From NCBI GenBank assembly GCA_038207085.1, contig JBBRAE010000009.1, forward strand, positions 32,001 through 96,000: DNA of 64,000 nt. Direction: 5' to 3'. How positions within the stretch are numbered: the first letter of the stretch is position 1; the number at the start of each line of letters is the position of its first letter. The translations under genes were made by a program, and so were the position numbers. The notes below the pieces were generated by a model. It had not been told where the DNA came from and made no database searches. It saw only the letters and a list, made by a program, of their open reading frames with translations. This document shows positions 58,885 to 64,000 of the stretch, piece after piece. This DNA comes from Armatimonadota bacterium (GTDB lineage: Bacteria > Armatimonadota > UBA5829 > DTLH01).

Positions 58885-61800
58885 GTGATATCAAGGATTT
58901 TCAAGCTGACTTTGTCAGCCGCAGTGGGGCTTTCGCTGCTGACTGCAACGGGGGCTTTCGCCGCAGACCGGCACTGGGTCGCAAAAGAGGCCGGGAAATG
59001 GTCAGAACCAGCCAACTGGACCGGAGGAGTGCCCGGGCCCAAAGACACCGCCGTGTTTGACGCAGGCGGCGCGGGCAACGCGACCGTCGACGCGGCATCT
59101 TCCGGGGCTGTCGGAAGCGTAAGCGTCCTTGCCGGCTACAAAGGGACAATCACCCAGGAGCGCGGCCTCTCCGTCAATGGCAATATGAAACTTGCGGGCG
59201 GCTCAGCTACGGGTTGGACGTTTGCCGAAGACAAGCCCGCCGGGCTTGCCGTAAAGGGGAACCTTTCTATCGCTCTTGGCAGATCTATCACCTGCACCCG
59301 CTCCTCTACCAACAGTTTTGGCGCTGGCCGGCTGATCACCGTGGGCGGCAACCTGACCGTCGACGGCGCGATCACAGCCGACGGCAAGGGCTTTATGCGC
59401 GGTCCCGGCACTCCGGTCCTCCCGGTTGTGGCGGAGACCAAGGATCCTTCTGGCGTGCAGGACAGATACGTGTCTGGTGCGGACATTGAGCAGTACAAAA
59501 ACGCCGCTCCGATCTCCCCTGCGGGCCCGGGCCACGGTGGCCGCGGGGCAGGCATCCACCACAACCCCAACGGCCAGTACACCGTGCAGCCTCACTCCTA
59601 CTATTGGACAGAACCCCTCGGCTCAGGCACCTGGAAGTTCCCGGGTGGCGACACCTACGGCTCTGTTACCGCTCCGACAAGCCTCGGAAGCGGGACCGAC
59701 GCCGACACCAGCTTCGACCCGAGGAACTCCTATCCATTTGACGCTGAGAACACCTTTTGGACCCACAAGGGCGCGTTCGGCGGCGGGGCGATCAAGCTCG
59801 TAGTCGGCGGTGTGACCACAGTAACCGGGCGCATCAGCGCAAACGGCGCGCCTTCAGGTGAAACTGGCGCAAGCGGCGGCTCGGTATACATTATTACCGG
59901 AAAGCTCGCGGGCGACGGCCTAGTCCGCGCCAACGGAAGCGACGGCCCCGGCCAGGGGCACGGACGGGGCGCAGGCGGCGGCGGACGCGTCGCAGTGGTG
60001 CTGAAGAACGCATCGAGCGTATTGGGCGTCATCCTGCAGGCCTACGGCGGCGAGGGCAGATGGTCCCCGGCCGCCGCAGCAGGCACGATCTACCTCGAAG
60101 GCCCGAAAGACAAGGGGCACGGCACGCTCGTCGTCGACAACCGCAACAGCCTGGTGCGCAGTATGTTCGACATTTGCACCTCGCTTTCCGACAAAGAAAA
60201 AGCAAGCTACACTTTTAAAAGCGTCGAGCTCAAAAACCACGCAGTCTTATACGTCGGCAAGGACGACTCGCTCACCTCATCATCCGTATCGAGCCGCAAC
60301 GCAAACTTGCTTGTAGAAGGCAAGCTCGCAAGCCCGAAACTAGTCGGGCTTAAGTCAAAGCAGCTTGTCAAACCCCAGGACGAGATCACTCGCACGTCCG
60401 GCGCGGCTGTGACTGAGCTTACCTTTGGCTCGGCCTACACGATGAAGCAGGAGCTCCTCAACCGAAGCTTTCAGATGTCGCTTTACCCCTACAAGGGCAA
60501 GATCGACGTTGCGGGCGACCTCAGCACCTACGCTTACCAAAACGAAGTCGCGGGCGTCAAGACCGCCGACGTTGCGCTCGTTGCAAAGTCCGGTGAAGTC
60601 GTCTCAACCGGCAGGCTCGTCTTCAACGACAAACGCTTCGGCGAGACCTCGCTTGATGCGAACATGAAAGAGGGCGCTTACCAGATCAAGATCACCCTGG
60701 ACAACGGCCTCACCATGCGTCCGCTCGTCTTTGACCGCAAGGTCTTCCCGTGGGAGCGCAACACGCTTGGCCTGACGGATAAGATCTACCCGCCGTTTGC
60801 CCCGATTACGGTATCCGGGCGCGACATCAACCTTTGCGCCGACCGGGTCTACACGATGAACGGCTTTGGCCTGTTCGACAAGATCGTAAGCCAGGGGAAA
60901 GTCATCTCAAGCGGGCCTGCCGTGGTCAAACTTGTGACCGCAAGCGGTGAAAAGAGCTGGAAGCTCACCCAGGGCAGCTTCACAAGCGTCAAGCCTAATG
61001 TCGTCGAGTATGTCGCACAGGCCGACGGAGGAGCTGCAAAGCTCTCAACCAAGTCGACAACCGAGTTCGACGGCTGCGCCAAGGTCGAGATGGACATCAC
61101 CCCCGGCACGACAGGTGAAACTATCGAGTCGATGTACATTGAGATCCCTTTGAAGGACTCCGAAACGCCACTCATGCACGCCTGCCAGCCTCAGGCTATG
61201 AGATTCAACTATGCCGGCAAGACCCCCCGCGGAGGACAAATCGCCTGGGAGGACGGCGTCTGCCCGTGGAACGACCGTCGCCCACCGCTTTGGAGCGTCA
61301 AACCCGGCACCGAAGGGCAGAACGACGGCGTCATCTGGGACTCGCGCAACATCCGAAACGTAGCATTCTGGACCGCGATCCCCTGGATACCATACTTCTG
61401 GGTAGGCGGCGGCGAGCGCGGACTCTCCTACTTTGCCGACAGCTCAAGCGGCTGCGTTCTCGACCCCGAAAAGCCGAGTCAGCAGATCGTCCGGCAGGGC
61501 GACCAACTGATTCTGCGCATTTATCTCGTCAACAAACCAAGCGTCGTCACAAGCGCGCGCCGTGTCGTCTTCGGCCTGCAGGCAAGCCCCGCCAAGCCGA
61601 TGATGCCGGACTGGAGGCAGGTCGACCGCTTCGCCATCTGGGGCTACATGACCCCGGCGATGGGCATGTTCTGCTGCACCAAGTACCCGGTAGACCGGGA
61701 TATGTCCTTGGTCGACAAACTCATCCAGAACGGCCGCGACACCAAGGCAGGCAAAGAGGTCAACTCGCAGTTTATCTACGACAAGGTGGACACGCTTACG

Positions 61801-62949
61801 GCCAGGGGATGGAATGAGAGCATGACCCCCGACGCCTACATCCGCCGCTGGGCGCAAGACCCCTGGAACCAGGCATGGAAGAACGGGCCGATGAAGAGCG
61901 TCTACTTTGAGGAGCACTGGACCGATCCCGGTCACTCAGACGTAGACATGTTCGGTAACGAGTGGGCCGCGCGCAGGTATCTGGGCTACTGGCCGATCCG
62001 CGACAAGGACCGCGTCGTCTACGACTCTCCCTACGCCGTGGAAATGGGCCTGACAGGCAAGTTCATAAACGGCGTCTACCCCGAGAGCCTGGTCGACTAC
62101 TCGGTTTACTACGGCAACGAGTATCTGAAGCGCGGGATAGGGCTCTACTTCGACAACACCTACCCGCACATCAGCATGAACCCGAGCGTCTCCGACGCCT
62201 ACATAACCGACGAGGGCAAGATTCAGCCCGCCGATAACATCTGGAACCAGCGCGATTACTACAAGCGCATCTGGAACCTGATCAACTACTACAACGAGCG
62301 TGGGATGAACCCGCCGGTGTGGTTCAGTCAGCACATGACCAACACGATGATCATCCCCTGGACCGAGTGGACGACGTGTAATCTCGATAACGAGAACACC
62401 TGGACAGATGTCGCCCGCGGCATACGTCCGGCGATGTTCCCCTGGGACTATGCGCTCACCGAGACCGCAGGCCGCCAGGCCGGGACCCCCTGCCACAGCC
62501 ACTACGCGATGGCGGGCAAGGACGGAACGCCACTCCGCGAGTGGGGAATTCGCATGGTCCATGAGATCACCAACCGGGAGAACACTGAATACGAGAAGAT
62601 GATTCGGGAGTTCGGCTACGGCCGGGACGGCGTTCAGGTGATCAACTACTGGTCGGGCGACCTGTCGGTTAAGGTCTCAAACGAGGACGTGAAGTGGCTT
62701 GCGGTGGTTCGTAAGAGTGACCCGACGACTATGCTCGTCCTTCAAAGCTGGTCATTTGACCCAACCACCACCAAGATCAGCCTGCCCGGCTGCCGCGTGT
62801 GGAAAAATGCCCTGACCGGCGAGACGATCCACGCAAATTACTATGGGGCAGCCGAGGTAAGCTTCAAGGATAGCTACGGCACGCTGATACTCGTAGGCGC
62901 GGAGACCTCCTACGACCTCGCAGACTGGAAAACCCCTCTGGCCAAGTAG
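58885..62949 (+). CDS. Large secreted protein: Gly-rich beta-solenoid-like N-region plus a putative glycoside-hydrolase-like (DUF6067-like) C-region
   Basis: Signal peptide; GGGAIKL, GGSVYI, GGGGRVAV repeats; GLQASPAKP, GLYFDN; divergent from the LacI gene. Confidence 0.65.
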   Translation: MISRIFKLTLSAAVGLSLLTATGAFAADRHWVAKEAGKWSEPANWTGGVPGPKDTAVFDAGGAGNATVDAASSGAVGSVSVLAGYKGTITQERGLSVNGNMKLAGGSATGWTFAEDKPAGLAVKGNLSIALGRSITCTRSSTNSFGAGRLITVGGNLTVDGAITADGKGFMRGPGTPVLPVVAETKDPSGVQDRYVSGADIEQYKNAAPISPAGPGHGGRGAGIHHNPNGQYTVQPHSYYWTEPLGSGTWKFPGGDTYGSVTAPTSLGSGTDADTSFDPRNSYPFDAENTFWTHKGAFGGGAIKLVVGGVTTVTGRISANGAPSGETGASGGSVYIITGKLAGDGLVRANGSDGPGQGHGRGAGGGGRVAVVLKNASSVLGVILQAYGGEGRWSPAAAAGTIYLEGPKDKGHGTLVVDNRNSLVRSMFDICTSLSDKEKASYTFKSVELKNHAVLYVGKDDSLTSSSVSSRNANLLVEGKLASPKLVGLKSKQLVKPQDEITRTSGAAVTELTFGSAYTMKQELLNRSFQMSLYPYKGKIDVAGDLSTYAYQNEVAGVKTADVALVAKSGEVVSTGRLVFNDKRFGETSLDANMKEGAYQIKITLDNGLTMRPLVFDRKVFPWERNTLGLTDKIYPPFAPITVSGRDINLCADRVYTMNGFGLFDKIVSQGKVISSGPAVVKLVTASGEKSWKLTQGSFTSVKPNVVEYVAQADGGAAKLSTKSTTEFDGCAKVEMDITPGTTGETIESMYIEIPLKDSETPLMHACQPQAMRFNYAGKTPRGGQIAWEDGVCPWNDRRPPLWSVKPGTEGQNDGVIWDSRNIRNVAFWTAIPWIPYFWVGGGERGLSYFADSSSGCVLDPEKPSQQIVRQGDQLILRIYLVNKPSVVTSARRVVFGLQASPAKPMMPDWRQVDRFAIWGYMTPAMGMFCCTKYPVDRDMSLVDKLIQNGRDTKAGKEVNSQFIYDKVDTLTARGWNESMTPDAYIRRWAQDPWNQAWKNGPMKSVYFEEHWTDPGHSDVDMFGNEWAARRYLGYWPIRDKDRVVYDSPYAVEMGLTGKFINGVYPESLVDYSVYYGNEYLKRGIGLYFDNTYPHISMNPSVSDAYITDEGKIQPADNIWNQRDYYKRIWNLINYYNERGMNPPVWFSQHMTNTMIIPWTEWTTCNLDNENTWTDVARGIRPAMFPWDYALTETAGRQAGTPCHSHYAMAGKDGTPLREWGIRMVHEITNRENTEYEKMIREFGYGRDGVQVINYWSGDLSVKVSNEDVKWLAVVRKSDPTTMLVLQSWSFDPTTTKISLPGCRVWKNALTGETIHANYYGAAEVSFKDSYGTLILVGAETSYDLADWKTPLAK

Positions 62950-63004
62950 AGCTTGGGGTTCTAGCGATTGGGGGCCGGCAAGCGTCGGCCCCCATACAAC
63001 AAGT

Positions 63005-63892
63005 CTACTGGTTACTTGCCTCTGCCTGCATTTCCTTCGCGATCTCCTGCATCTCTTCATTGAGCTGCTTCATTTGCTCCGGTGACATCGACTTCATCGA
63101 CTCCTGCTGCTGGGTCATCTGTTGTTTGAGAAGCTTCTTTCGGGATTCCGGGGGGAGGTTCATCATCGCCGTCACTGCGCGTTTGCTGACGTCTGAGAGA
63201 TACTGCGGGTCAAGCTCTGTCATTGAGCTCATCATCTCCTGCATAAGCTCAGGGCTGACCTGGCTTGACATTGCCATACCCTCCTTGAGCGCCGCCATGC
63301 GCTCCTCCGGGGTCATTTCGATGAACGTGTTCATCATCTTCTTCTGCTCATCGATATAGCCCGCGACTTTCTTCTTGGACGCGTCGGCGAGATCTTTTTT
63401 GTAGGCCTTGGCGTCATCGGTCACCAGGTACACGGCGACCATTCCCGCCGAGGCCGGAACGGTCTTCGTAAGCTCGTTTGCGGCCGTCGCTTTCTGCACA
63501 TGCATAAACGACCCGCCCGAGCCCTCTTGGCCTATGATGATATCTGGAAATCGAAGCGCGAGCACCGTTCTCATCTGAGCCGCGAGCGCGTCGGCGTCTT
63601 TGGCGAGAGACGACCCCTGAAGCACATAGATTCTCCTCCACTGCAGCCTTGAGGCCTTTGTGATAGCGTCGATCGCGTCCTCTGCTGTGAGTTCCTTCAC
63701 ATTGGCGGTCACAGTCCCGCCGACAAGCTTTTCGACGAGCACCGTCTCCCCGCTTGTCTCAGCGATCTGTTTCAGCACCTCAACCACGGGCTTGTTGGCG
63801 GCGTCAAGGGTAACGGTCTTTGTTTCAGTCGGCACGGCAAACGCGCTCATGCTTACAAGTAGCAGTGGCAGTGTGACAAGTGGCAATCTCAT
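63005..63892 (-). CDS. Secreted protein with an STN/N0-like N-domain and a Met/Gln-rich helical C-domain
   Basis: Signal peptide ending AFA; VTLDAANKPVVEVLKQIA. Confidence 0.65.
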   Translation of the reverse strand: MRLPLVTLPLLLVSMSAFAVPTETKTVTLDAANKPVVEVLKQIAETSGETVLVEKLVGGTVTANVKELTAEDAIDAITKASRLQWRRIYVLQGSSLAKDADALAAQMRTVLALRFPDIIIGQEGSGGSFMHVQKATAANELTKTVPASAGMVAVYLVTDDAKAYKKDLADASKKKVAGYIDEQKKMMNTFIEMTPEERMAALKEGMAMSSQVSPELMQEMMSSMTELDPQYLSDVSKRAVTAMMNLPPESRKKLLKQQMTQQQESMKSMSPEQMKQLNEEMQEIAKEMQAEASNQ

Positions 63893-64000
63893 GTTTATCC
63901 CTCATTCTTCTGAATCAACGTTCAGCGTCTGGCTTTTAGATCAAAGGGGTGCATGTAAAGATTGTCGGCTTTATGTGGAGTGCGGCGAGCAATCGCCGCT

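Noticed and set aside
731..63641. Many long antisense or alternate-frame ORFs in the track
   Set aside because: They are shadow ORFs of well-supported genes, expected at high GC content
1..64000. Genome-wide TGA recoding
   Set aside because: Conserved genes such as hisF, pstC, phoU, ispDF and corA end at TGA at their expected lengths

Overview
Bacterial chromosomal window, GC-rich with roughly 50 CDS. It is probably Armatimonadota-like; this is an inference from the prepilin/H-X9-DG pseudopilins, a PEP-CTERM protein, an outer-membrane porin and lineage-style secreted families. Core genes include dnaA (with no dnaN next to it), dnaE, hisF/hisI, hisD/hisB, tsaD, rimI, ispDF, hemL, corA, a DinG helicase, htrA and a full Pho/Pst cluster. 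I found no rRNA, tRNA, CRISPR array or transposase. The strongest lead is a cobalamin riboswitch controlling a pseudopilin, a surface protein and a PEP-CTERM protein with no BtuB/BtuCDF, which is a candidate unconventional B12-capture system. Other leads are tandem NrdR boxes in the dnaE leader, a shared ECF-type promoter motif (htrA, spy, an orphan secreted STN-like protein and two candidate sRNAs), two CU-rich anti-Shine-Dalgarno-like sRNA candidates, a sigma54-driven 40-aa microprotein, a multi-junction RNA candidate, two pseudogenes and several small repeat/MITE families. All family assignments come from reading motifs by eye; no database searches were run.
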